Positions 39,801 to 51,552 of a stretch of DNA of 64,000 nt are shown here, one piece after another. Made by a program: the position numbers and the translations under genes. The stretch spans positions 169,322,001-169,386,000 of the forward strand of contig NC_042997.1 in assembly GCF_006345805.1 (NCBI RefSeq). The letters are read 5' to 3'. Source of the DNA: Octopus sinensis (Eukaryota). Each line of letters starts with the position of its first letter. Position 1 is the stretch's first letter. The notes under the pieces were generated by a model. That model was not told the DNA's origin and made no database searches. It saw only the letters and a list, made by a program, of their open reading frames with translations.

Positions 39801-40981
39801 AAGAATGCCATATTAGTATGGCGATAACTATTATTTTCCGGGAACGCTGCCGTTGTTCTCTTTTAGAGAGACTTAGTAATTTTAATATTTCTATTATTGA
39901 AAACAAGTGGATGTATTCCACCGAAGCTAGGTAAATAAAACCTTCGAACAGAGATTGTCGGATGCGACACCTACTGGTCTGGCTACGCTGCATTGAAAAG
40001 GGGCAATACCCCGAAACGCGTCTGTAGCTGCCAGTCAAGTAGTGTGGAGCGACTGACCTCCCTTGTTCGAAGGTTATATCGATACAGTTTGTGTATCAAA
40101 TAGCTAACTTAAGGCGATGGCCTCATGGAGCTAATAAGCGGACAGCATTCTTCTTATTTTTATAAGAATGCCATATTAGTATGGCGATAACTATTATTTT
40201 CCGGGAACGCTGCTGTTGTTCTCTTTTAGAGAGACTTAGTAATTTTAATATTTCTATTATTGAAAACAAGTGGATGTATTCCACCGAAGCTAGGTAAATA
40301 AAACCTTCGAACAGAGATTGTCGGAAGCGACACCTACTGGTCTGGCTACGCTGCATTGAAAAGGGGCAATACCCCGAAACGCATCTGTAGCTGCCGGTCA
40401 AGTAGTGTGGAGCGACTGACCTCCCTTGTTCGAAGGTTATATCGATACAGTTTGTGTATCAAATAGCTAACTTAAGGCGATGGCCTCATGGAGCTAATAA
40501 GCCGACAGCTTTATTCTTATTTTTATAAGAATGCCATATTAGTATGGCGATAACTATTATTTTCCGGGAACGCTGCTGTTGTTCTCTTTTAGAGAGACTT
40601 AGTAATTTTAATATTTCTATTATTGAAAACAAGTGGATGTATTCCACCGAAGCTAGGTAAATAAAACCTTCGAACAGAGATTGTCAGAAGCGACACCTAC
40701 TGGTCTGGCTACGCTGCATTGAAAAGGGGCAATACCCCGAAACGCGTCTGTAGCTGCCGGTCAAGTAGTGTGGAGCGACTGACCTCCCTTGCTCGAAGGT
40801 TATATCGATACAGTTTGTGTATCAAATAGCTAACTTAAGGCGATGGCCTCATGGAGCTAATAAGCGGACAGCATTATTCTTATTTTTATAAGAATGCCAT
40901 ATTAGTATGGCGATAACTATTATTTTCCGGGAACGCTGCTGTTGTTCTCTTTTAGAGAGACTTAGTAATTTTAATATTTCT
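36851..40981 (+). repeat. 363-bp tandem array (~1.6 inverted + ~9.8 forward units), each unit with a hammerhead motif; retrozyme/PLE-pLTR-like
   Basis: Motif GCTGCATTGAAAAGGGGCAATACCCCGAAACGCGTCTGTAGC starts at 37446, 37809, 38172, 38535, 38898, 39261, 39624, 39987, 40350 and 40713; inversion junction at 37418; (TA)n at both ends. Confidence 0.95.
37809..37850 (+). ncRNA. Type I hammerhead ribozyme, U3-A8 core variant (representative of 10 plus-strand copies, plus one complete and one truncated minus-strand copy)
   Basis: Stem I GCUGCA/UGUAGC; core UUGAAAA; stem II GGGG-CAAUA-CCCC; GAAA; stem III palindrome ACGCGU; cleavage triplet GUC (after 37844). Confidence 0.75.
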
Positions 40982-41198
40982 AGTATATATATATATATAT
41001 TCCAAGAAAGTTAGATAAACTAAGGGATAATATCTATCCAATATACCGCTGGTAGAATACCCAATTATTAATACACAAGTGTTTTTTTTTATTGCATTGC
41101 AATTACATTACTAAGTGTACTAAATGGGTGAAGGTAAAGAGATATTTTACCATTAATTTATATAGCAATAAGAAAATGGAGGGAACCAATATGTGGTT

Positions 41199-41326
41199 CA
41201 TCAACTTTTAGACATTATATTATGTCAACTTATTTATTTATTTACTAAAATGACAATTATTGTTGTAATTGTCATGTTAGTAAATAAATAAATAAATTGA
41301 CATAATGTAATGTCTAAAAGTTGATG
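41199..41326. other. 128-bp near-perfect AT-rich hairpin (61-bp arms, 6-nt loop)
   Basis: CATCAACTTTTAGACATTATATTATGTCAACTTATTTATTTATTTACTAAAATGACAATTA-TTGTTG-TAATTGTCATGTTAGTAAATAAATAAATAAATTGACATAATGTAATGTCTAAAAGTTGATG. Confidence 0.85.
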
Positions 41327-42049
41327 TTGAAGGACCTTGTATGTTGTCTTTCAAACTGCTAGAAATAGCAGCCAAAATCACATTCAAATCAAACCCTACT
41401 GCCTTAACTTAAGGAAGGAGTCGATTGAATTGAATTGGATAACAACAGTCGTAACCTTACCCCTAAAATGATGGGGTAGCTCTAACTGGAAAGCATTTGT
41501 TCATAGGACTGTTTGAACAAATTTGACCTAGGATTAACAAACAACAACAAGAGGAACACATGCTGTTCCCCTTTTATTATTGCTGTTACTGTTGCAGTTA
41601 CTACCACTGCTGCTTTTTATGGCTATTGATGTAGCAATTGTTATTGCTGCCCTTGCAGCTCTTACTGTTTGGTGCAGATGTTGCTGCTGCAAATGTTGCA
41701 GATTTTTATTGTTGTAATTGCTTTGCTTCTGAGTTCCAGTTGCTAATACTACTGCCATTGTCTGTGACTGTGATGACTGCAACCAATTGCATTGCATCTG
41801 TTGCTGTTATTATTGTAAATGCTAAAGCACGTATACACTAGTACAACTATGTTATATATATATATGTTTCCTCTCCCATACTTTCATCTTCGTGCAAACA
41901 CTACAGGAAACAAAACAGTTTGTATCAGCGAAGCCTTTAAAGAGAAATATGAACAGGAGTCCTCTGCGAAAGCTGCATAAAAAAAAAAAGACATAAGCAA
42001 CAATGACAATAATGATAGTAGTTGTTGTTATTGTTGATGATAATGGTGA

Positions 42050-42440
42050 TATGATGGTGGTTTTGGTGGTGGTGGTTGGGGTGGTGGTGATGGTGGTGGT
42101 GGTGGTAGTTTTGGTGGTGGTGGTTGTTTTGGTGGTGGTGATGGTGGTGGTGGTGGTGGTGGTGGTGGTGGTGGTGGTTTGGTGGTGGTGATGGTGGTGG
42201 TGGTGGTTTTGGTGGTGGTGGTTTTGGTGGTGGTGATGGTGGTGGTGGTGGTAGTTTTGGTGGTGGTGGTTGTTTTGGTGGTGGTGATGGTGGTGGTGGT
42301 GGTGGTGGTGAGGAGGAGGAGAACGATGACAGCAATGACAACGACAACATTGACAATGACAACATCAGTGACACCAATAATGACAGTGACCTTGATGATA
42401 ATGATTATGATGATGATAATAATGATGATGATGATGATGA
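42050..42440. repeat. Compound (GGT)n / (GAT)n microsatellite
   Basis: Direct inspection; source of the spurious poly-V/P/T/H ORFs. Confidence 0.95.
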
Positions 42441-43009
42441 CAGAGCATTGCAGTGATTGCAAATTACGTAGACTGTGAAGCAATAATTAACCGCATTATC
42501 TCTCAGGTTGCCCAGCCTATAAAAAAAATAAATAAATAACAAAAACTGACGAACATATCAACATGCACAAAATAGAGCTAGCAGTGGGTGTGCAAAACTT
42601 GTAGCTATGTATGTAGGCTGAACTAAAAGCAAAGTAGATTGTGCAAACAAACAAATGAAGACAGTGAAAAAAACAGTAAAGTCCCTATCATATGAAAGCG
42701 TGTTTGTGCATACTGACAGAATGATGAAAAGCAATTGATCAAACATCACTGTAAAAGATTGCAGAATCAAGAAAATACCTGTTTAAATAGCACATTATAA
42801 GGCTTGCATCATTCTCTATGATAAACATGACAATAGTATATTAATTATTGACATACCAAAGCCAAATGGCTATAATTTTTTACAGATGTGAGATAAAATG
42901 TTCAAAAAAACTACCAACATAACAATTGAGCTAAAAGCATTATGCCAGTTAAGGAATGTGTTTGTCATCCCATTTGTAATTGGCACAACTGATGTCATCA
43001 TCATCCTCC

Positions 43010-43450
43010 TCCTCATCATCGTTTAACATCCGCTTTCCATGCTAGCATGATGACTGACATCCGTGCTAGTGGAGCGCTAAGAGTTCCATACGAGCATGAT
43101 CATTGCCAGACCAACAAGCTGGCCTCCATGCTGATGGCGTGTAAAAAGCACCATTCAAGTGTGATCGTTACCTGTGTCGCCTTACTGGCACTTGTGCTGG
43201 TGGCACATGAAAAAACATTCGAGCAAGGTCGTTGCCAGTGCCGCTGGACTGGCTCCTGTGCAGGTGGCACATAAAAAGCACCATTTGAGCATGGCTGCTA
43301 CCAGTACCACCTGACTGGCCTTCGTGCCAGTGGCATGTAAAAGCACCCACTACACTCTTGGAGAGGTTGATGTTAGGAAGGGCATCCAGGTGTAGAAACT
43401 CTGCCAGATCAGATTGGAGTCTGGTGCAGCCATCTGGTTTGCCAGGCCTC
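43010..43450 (-). mobile_element. SINE-like family A copy
   Basis: GTTTAACATCCGCTTTCCATGCTAGCATG...AAAAGCACC subrepeats. Confidence 0.65.
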
Positions 43451-46201
43451 ATTACTGATGAAGTAAACATTGAAGAGGCTTTGCTCCATACAGAAACTGC
43501 AGAAGCTACTCAGACATATTGCAAGCTCTTCCCCTGAATCCATTGTAATGTCAGAAATCCATCCATATCATCAGCAGGTATCTCAGGGTCACAAGCGTTT
43601 TGCTTCTTAGCCTGTATGCTCTACCTGAGTGAAATAGCAGGGACTGAATTAGTCTTTACCTGCAGCAAAGCTCCACCTGCAGTCTTTTGTCAAGCACAGT
43701 CACCTATAAATTATTTGCTTATAAGGATAGGCTCTGGCACATTCTGGAAAATAATAATTCAAGAATCTGTAAACATCATCAGCACATTCTCACACAACAT
43801 TTGTTAAATTTAAACATTTTTGTTAATCCTGAACATTAGGCATGGCTGTGTGGTAAGAAATTTGCTTCCTAAATACATTGTTCTGGGTTCATTCCCTCCA
43901 TGTGGAAAATTGGTCAAATGTCTTCTACAGTAGCCTCAGGCTGACCAAAAGCTTGTGAGTGGATTTGGTAGGCACAAACTGAAAGAAGTCCACTGTGAGT
44001 GTGCGTGTGTGTGTGCATGCACATGCACGCATGCATGTGTGTGTGTGTGTATATTTCCCCCACCATCACTGTTTGGCAACTGGTGTTGGTGTGTTTACAT
44101 TCCCATAACTTAGTAAGGTTTTTACAAAAAAGTACTAGAGTCAATTCATTCGACTAAAAACCCTTCAAGGCAGTGCCCCAACTTGGTTGCAGTCAAATGA
44201 CTGAAACAAATAAATGATAAAAATAAAAGATACCTGTTAACCCTAAATACTCCTCTGAATTTTTTCCATTGAACACTTCTATGCATGTTTTATAAAACAG
44301 AGCTAATAAATTTTTGATAACTTCCTCAAGCCATGAATAATAAAAATAATTGTTTATAACTAAGGCCAGCTATTTTAGAAGGAAGGTGTTAGTTGATAAC
44401 ATTGACCCCATACTCGACTGGTACCTATGTAACTTTACTTATTCTATGAACCCTAAAAGAAAGAAAGTCAAAGCTGACCATGGCAAGATTTGAACCCAGA
44501 ATGTAAAGAACTGGAAGATATATTACAAGGTATTCTATCCAATGTGCTAGCAATTTTGCCAATCCTCTGCTCTATGAATAAATTGTTTTAAATTTTGAAT
44601 AATTGTTTTAAATTGTTTTAAATTTCAAATCATTTTAAATTTTGTTTTAAATTGTTTCGAATATTATTTTAAATTTTGGTCAGCAATTTTAGACTCCAGT
44701 ACTTGACTGGTACTTAATTTTATTGACTTCAAAAAGAATGAAAGGCCAAGTTGACCTTGACAAGACTTGAACTCAGAATGTAAAGAGGTGAACAAACATC
44801 ACAAAGCATTTTTCCAAGAAGCTAACAATTTTGCTACCTCACCTCTTTACAGCCCTATAAATAATGATTTCAAATTTTGGCACAAGGCCAGCACTCTTGG
44901 GGAAGGGATTAAGTCAATTATATCAACCCCAGTGTAAAACTGGTACTTATTTTATTGACCCTGAAAGGAAGAAAAGCAAAGTCAACCCCAGTGGCATTTG
45001 AACTCAGAATGTGAAGACGGATGAAATGCTGCTAAGCATTTTGCTTGGTGTACTAATGATTCTGGCAGCTCACCACCTTACTGCCCCATCAACAAGAAAA
45101 CTAGTAATATAGAAGACACTGCATGTCACTAAAACAGCTCCAATGCTGAAACAGTACACAGACCATGGCATGTCAGTATGAGAAGCAATCACATCACTAC
45201 AGGGATATAATAAAAGGGATGTTAAAAACTAAATGTATACTATAAGAATCTTTCAAAGAGACTTTTTATTTGCTGTGTTTTTCTGCCTAGCTTTGACTCC
45301 ATTCAACAAATTTGCTGAGAGAAAGCAGTAACGGTAATAGATGTAATAGACAAATTATAAACTAATGGTTATAAATGTTATGGATGAATTATAAATTGTC
45401 TCTTATGTATGCATCAGAGAATTAAGCTTAATCTATTCTAAAAGTAGGCAAATTAATTATGACTGTGAAATTTAAATTAGATCCCGACATGGAAATTAGG
45501 GAATTGGAACAAAAACCACCCATCTAATTAGATGAACCTAATAAGGTACAACACTTTTAAATGGAGGAGAAAATTAGAAAATAATGCTAGAGAAGAGTCA
45601 GAGTAATACTGAAAACACAGCTTATAGATATATAACATTAATAATATTAATTATGAATAATAGATTTAACATAATATATTAGAAGTGATGTCAGATAGGA
45701 AAGCTAGAAAACACTCTAAAAATATTCCAAAGGCACCATACAAGAACTGAAATAGAGAGGGTTGATGGGGCTTAATACAAATAAGGAGCTTCCAGGTATT
45801 TTTCTACAAACACTATATATTTTTACTTTGTAACAGTATAGCATGCTTAGAAAACAATATAGTGACAGATGGAGACAGAGTCACACAAACACACATGTAG
45901 TACATGCATATATGTGTGTGTGATGTATGTATGTATATATATCATCATCATTTTAACATCCACTTTTCCATGATCGCATGGGTTGGACACAATTTGTTGA
46001 ATCACCAGCCCATGATGAGACAGTTTTCATGGAAGAATGGAAATAAAGGTCATTGTTTGCATGAAGGTGATAATGGGCACACACCTGTATACACATGCGC
46101 AAACAAACACAATCAGCATCATCATTATTGTCAACGTCCACTTTACATGTTGGCATGGGTTGGACAGTTTGACTAAGATCTGGAGAGCCTGCAGCTGCAC
46201 C

Positions 46202-46269
<68 letters not shown>

Positions 46270-46301
46270 TACATACATACATACATACATACATACATAC
46301 A

Positions 46302-46332
<31 letters not shown>

Positions 46333-46489
46333 GTATATATAACATCATCATCATCGTTTAACGTCCATTTTCCATGCTAGCACAGGTTGGAAGGTTCGAC
46401 CGGGGTCTGGGAAGCCAGGAGGCTGCACCAGGCTCCAGTCTGATCTGGCAGTGTTTCTACAGCTGGATGCCCTTCCTAATGCCAACACA

Positions 46490-46932
46490 AAGTGCAGCGA
46501 ATAAACTCTTATCTAAATTACACAAAATAAAATTACATTAAAAAATATCTTGAAATACTAAAGTGTAAATTTATTCAATAAAACTGCCATTGGCTTCAAC
46601 TACGACTTCTAGATGACTTTGGAATCTCCTGCAACTCTTCTGGATCCTCGTGGAAAGATTAATGGAAGCATAATGTCACCATCACTAGTGATCACTCCAT
46701 GATGTTTGATTTTTATCACTGTTGGTACATGTCCTCGAATTGTACTGTCCTCAGATTAACAACCAAACCCTCTGAAATGTTCGTATTGGAGCTCCTGGTA
46801 CAAATGCTAAGCAGTACAGTATGTCATTTCCAAATTTCTAGGAGAGGGAACAGCGTCATGGTTCTGTTTTTCTTACAGATAATGCACAAAATTGAAAATA
46901 ATAAATGGTGACAATTTATCCATCGCAACCTC
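46490..46932 (-). mobile_element. Second, more deleted DD37D (maT) copy inserted into a family A SINE
   Basis: Reverse complement matches segments of 17567-18443 (ATCACTAGTGAC, GAGTTGCAGGAGATTC); both degenerate TIRs present. Confidence 0.7.
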
Positions 46933-47225
46933 TGTGTGTGTGTGTGTGTGTGTATTACAAGCTTTCTTCAGATTTTGTCAACCAAATCCACCTACAATGT
47001 TTTGGTCACCCTGGGGCTGTAATAGAAGACACTTATCCAAAGTGCTATGCAGTGTGTATACAGATCATCATCATCATCATCATCATCATCGTCATCAGAC
47101 ACAGACACACATGAATTCACTAGCTTTATTATGCATACAAAACTGCAAGAACCAGAATGAATGCTACAAAACATTTTCCTGATACCCAATGATAAATACT
47201 AAGGCCTATTCTTATATGCATGTAG

Positions 47226-47268
<43 letters not shown>

Positions 47269-47308
47269 TATATCCTTTTATTTATATGTGTATATTTCTA
47301 TCTATCTG

Positions 47309-47359
<51 letters not shown>

Positions 47360-47454
47360 ATCTATCTATCTATCATTCTTTGTTTGTCTGTCTATGCATG
47401 TATGTATGTATGTATGTATGTATGTATTTATGTATGTATGTATGTATGTATGTA

Positions 47455-47487
<33 letters not shown>

Positions 47488-47639
47488 ATGTATGTATGTA
47501 TGTATGAATGTATGTATGTATGTATGTTTGTATGTATGTATATATGTACATATGTGAGTACTACATACACACACATATGTGCATGTGCACACACACACAT
47601 GTATTCACGCATGCACACACACACACACATGACATAAAA

Positions 47640-48420
47640 AGGAATAAGCTTGAAGATAATTGCACGGAAGAAAATCATTTAGATATGGACAGAATCAACA
47701 GAAAAGATTAAAAATAAGAGCAAGACAAAAATCCAAATTGTGCTGGAAACTATATTAAAGAAAACCTGGGGAGAACCAGCTCCCTTTGGCCAACATCCAA
47801 TAAGCCTCAACAGAAAGGAAATAAGTTGGTGTGAAAGCTAACAATAGTGAAACACTCTGGAATAAAAGCGGAAATGGAAGGTCTGTTAACTGCACAGGAT
47901 CAATGCAAAAAAGAAAAAAAAAAGAAAAATGAAAAAGCTTACCAACAACAAACTATAGTAATCATTATAATCAGTACATAATTGACTATGCAATTTCTGG
48001 CAATCCAGTCCTTGCAAACATAGAATATATCCATAGGTATGACTAGGCTTGTAGTTATTATGATCATTGAGCAATAAGCTGCCAACATGACAATAGAGAG
48101 GAAGAGATATAAGCATATATCAAGTTTCATATATGATAATGACTTTGGCTGCAGTAATCTGGGGCATGCTTGTTTAAAATGAGGAGGATATCAAAGTGAA
48201 CCATCCAGATATTAGAATCAAAAGTAGGAATGAAAATCTATGAACTCTGATAGACATCACAACCCCTTCTGACCAAAACGTCATAAAAACAGCAAAAACA
48301 TCATAGCACAAGGATTTTGAAGTGGAAATAAGTAGGATGTGTGGTATGAAAGTAAAAACAGCAACAATAACAGTTTTTGCACTGGGTATGATTGAAGAAT
48401 AAAATAATCAACAGCATAAA
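47640..48420 (+). mobile_element. Decayed R4/Dong-like C-terminal (RLE) fragment
   Basis: HSGIKAEMEGLL.AQDQC and NHPDIRIK...LIDITTPSDQNV...KDFEVEISRMCGMK...ALGMI parallel the intact RLE at 10431-11111. Confidence 0.65.
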
Positions 48421-49429
48421 AACCTGTGCTTTTTGTTTGTTCCTTCTCGAGCCACGCCTGGCTCATAAGGGCCGGTTTCCTGGTTTACTTGGTGTATAGG
48501 TTCCCCACCTGGATGGGACACTGGTCCATCGCAGGTGAGCTGCAAGATGCAGGAGGAAAGAGTGAGAGAAAGTTGTGGCGAAAGAGTCAGCAGAAGTTCC
48601 CCATTACCTTCTGCCGGAGCCGCATGGAGCTTGTGTTTCACTCATAAACACACACATCACCCAGCCTGAGATTCGAACCTGTGATCCCCCGACCATGAGT
48701 CCGCTGCTCTAACAACTAGGCCATGTGCCTCCACTATACCTGTGCTTACTACAACATCCCAAAATTAGAACACCTCACCAGCAAAAGTTTTGTTCTATCT
48801 TGAACATGAAATAAGAATACTATGTGACTAACAACAAAATCCTGGAAAGAGCCAACAAGCAAAGCATCAAATCACTGATCATAAAACACTGTCTTTGCTG
48901 GTCAGAATTTGTAGCAAGAATGCATTGTGCTCTTTTAATAATACCTCATTATCACATATCCCTCTCATGTCTGTCATTCCTGCCTCTATCACTCATGCCT
49001 CTCACTTTGTAAAGAAGGAGATGAGCAAGTAGTGGAGTTCTGAGGCCCCATTAGTCATGTGGAAGACATGGCTACCTCTCTGGTACCGGTGACATCAAAA
49101 TCACATCCAGTACACTCAGTAAAAGGGTTGATGTTAAGATGTGCATCCAGTTACACAAACCAGGTCAAAATGAAATGCAGTCAAAATAAGGCATCTTTTT
49201 GTCTTGTTGGGCAGACTCACCCAACCCTTGTCAGCATAGACAGCGGGTGATGATGATGATGGTAGTGGTGGTGGTGGTGATATACTGATATATGGAAGGT
49301 GCCATACTCAATGATAGGCATTCTAATCTCACTGCTAACTTTAACTTAGCTGATGACATCACAATACATTGATGCATAGCTCTCACAAACAACTCCTATT
49401 CACTCACTTCATTTCTTAGGGACCACCAT

Positions 49430-49830
49430 ACTACAGTACATAGAACTTTATCAAAGGCCTTCTCCAGGTCAACAAATGCTCGGTGCAAAGGCTTATTTTA
49501 ACTAAGTAGTTTGCCAGTGGTGAATTCACTAAGAAAAGGATATCAGTGATCGCTCATTTTGGTACAAATCTAAACTGCATTTCACCAAGTCTAGTTCTCT
49601 CCAAATCAGTTTGTTCCTTTCATAACTTGGTCCTTCAGTTTAATGTTTCTGTAATTGCTTCTTTCTAGAGCATCACCTTTACCCTTGTTGAAGTTGCTGC
49701 TACAACTATGCTTGTCATTGGGTATGACACCTTCCTGTTCTGTTTAATTAACTATGCAAATAACTTGCATGGGATCTACTTTGTTGAATAGTTTCAACAT
49801 CTTTATGACTATTTCCATGGAAGACCAGCT
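49430..49830 (-). mobile_element. RTE-like RT fragment
   Basis: Minus frame NKPLHRAFVDLEKAFDKV. Confidence 0.55.
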
Positions 49831-50129
49831 GTCTTCCCTGCATTTGCATTTTTGTGCTTTCATCCACGCAGCTATCCACGTCAACAGCTGGTCCCTCATT
49901 TGCATAATTATTATCTTTACATCAATCCTTTCTACTCATGTATTATCCATGTATTACTAGAATACCTGCATTGTGCTCTTTTAATAATAATGCATTTGCA
50001 TTATCATTGTTTTATTATTTTAGAGTTACATATATTTTGCATGACAATATCATGTGATGCAACTCAGTTGTCATATAATGTAAACTCTTTCATGTGGTTG
50101 CTTTTGTAGGGTGTCAAAGAAGCCATATT

Positions 50130-50500
50130 CTGTTATCGTGGGTTGGCACAGTTGTGCTTTGACAAGAGCAGCCAGTCAGAGTTGGTTGTGTACTTTTAAA
50201 AGCAGTGGTTATCAGAGCAGCAGAGCACGCCGTTTGGTAGTCAGTCAGCAGAAGACCTCTATACCACGACCATCAGTAAGCAGATCTCTACAACTGTCAG
50301 CAAACAGATTTCTACAACCGACAGTGAATAGATCCCATGACCGTCAGCAAACAGCACTGCACAGCCATCAGCAAATAGATCTCTACTACCATTGACAGAC
50401 AGATCTACACAAACGACAGCGGACAGATCTTGACATTTCAGACAAGAATTTTGTACCACCAGTTATTGCCTGTTCATTTTTCTTACATCCTTAGCACTGT
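50130..50500. repeat. Unassigned GC-richer segment with degenerate ~25-bp subrepeats (CAGCAAACAGATCTCTACAACC-like), possibly LTR-derived
   Basis: Five to six diverged copies visible between 50270 and 50430. Confidence 0.35.
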
Positions 50501-50758
50501 AAACTTCTAACCTACTTGTGCAATTGTAAGTTTTCATGGCTTCCTTCTGACTCCTACATATATGTACTCACTTTGCTCAGCACTTGTCAACAATCCCAAA
50601 TAAATTACTATGCTCTATTAACAAACATGCCTTCTGTTATTTATTTCTATATACAGTCCCACTGTGTGGCACCTTGGGCAAGTGTCTTCTACTATAGCCT
50701 TGGGCTGACCAAAGTCTTGCGAGTGGATTTGGTAGACGGAAACTGAAAGTAGCCCGTC

Positions 50759-50804
<46 letters not shown>

Positions 50805-51119
50805 ATTTGTGCGTGTGTTTGTGTGGGTCTGTTTGCCCCCCCTCCCCCACAACATTGCTTGACAACCAATGTTGGTGTGTTTATGTTCCCGTAACTTAGC
50901 GGTTCGGGAAAAGAGACCGATAGAATAAGTACTAGGTTTACAAAGAATAAGTCCTGGGGTCGATTTCCTCGACTAAAGGCGGTGCTCCAGCATGGCTGCA
51001 GTCAAATGACTGAAACAAGTAAAAGAGTAAAAGAGTAAAGAGTATACATTTATTTCCACATTATATTGGGACATTGTTAGATTTGAACACATGACCAACT
51101 TAGTTACATTTGAAAATTA

Positions 51120-51552
51120 CTAGCAGTATAGCCCAGCGTTGCTCAGGTTTGTTTTTTAGTTGTGCTTAAAATGGCAGACTTTGATGTCGTGTTAACAAAG
51201 TTTTAACATAGTTTCAATCTTTTTTGAAAAGTAAAAATTTTGCATTATGTAGCTTGCTATTCTCTCTAAGTGAACATTTTTCTGGTTGAAATACACTGAA
51301 AAATGGCAACAAAGCAGTCAAAAAATTGTAAAAAATTGGGAATTTCATAGAAAAAAACACCTTTTCGATGTAAATAATTTTTGGTCTTAACATGGTCTGA
51401 TTTGAATTTTTTCTTCTACGGAATGAAGAGCAAGCCTTCTATCATACTCTCAATTTTGGTCAATTTGCGCCGCAGGGTTTCAGAGGAGATAGTGTTAGTT
51501 GAAGGCTACCAAACCTGCCACACACAGACAATTTCAGCTTTATATGTATAGA
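51120..51552 (-). mobile_element. Non-autonomous Helitron
   Basis: Minus strand A|TCTATACATATAAAG ... CCTGAGCAACGCTGGGCTATACTGCTAG|T: 5' TC, subterminal hairpin, 3' CTAG, A|T target. Confidence 0.75.

Noticed and set aside
37007-40401. Repeated 92-aa ORF (MTGSYR...RLLAP) in the 363-bp units
   Set aside because: Antisense to the ribozyme strand, needs a GTG/TTG-type start, broken in several units, and has no recognisable domain; a by-product of the repeat
36851-40981. CRISPR-like or rDNA/5S array interpretation
   Set aside because: Units are identical along their whole length with no unique spacers or cas genes, the context is eukaryotic, and I see no 5S, tRNA or snRNA similarity
45070-45202. 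Possible minus-strand exon DVIASHTDMPWSVYCFSIGAVLV...
   Set aside because: Good acceptor, but the donor overlaps a SINE head and the phase does not fit neighbouring candidates; not enough support
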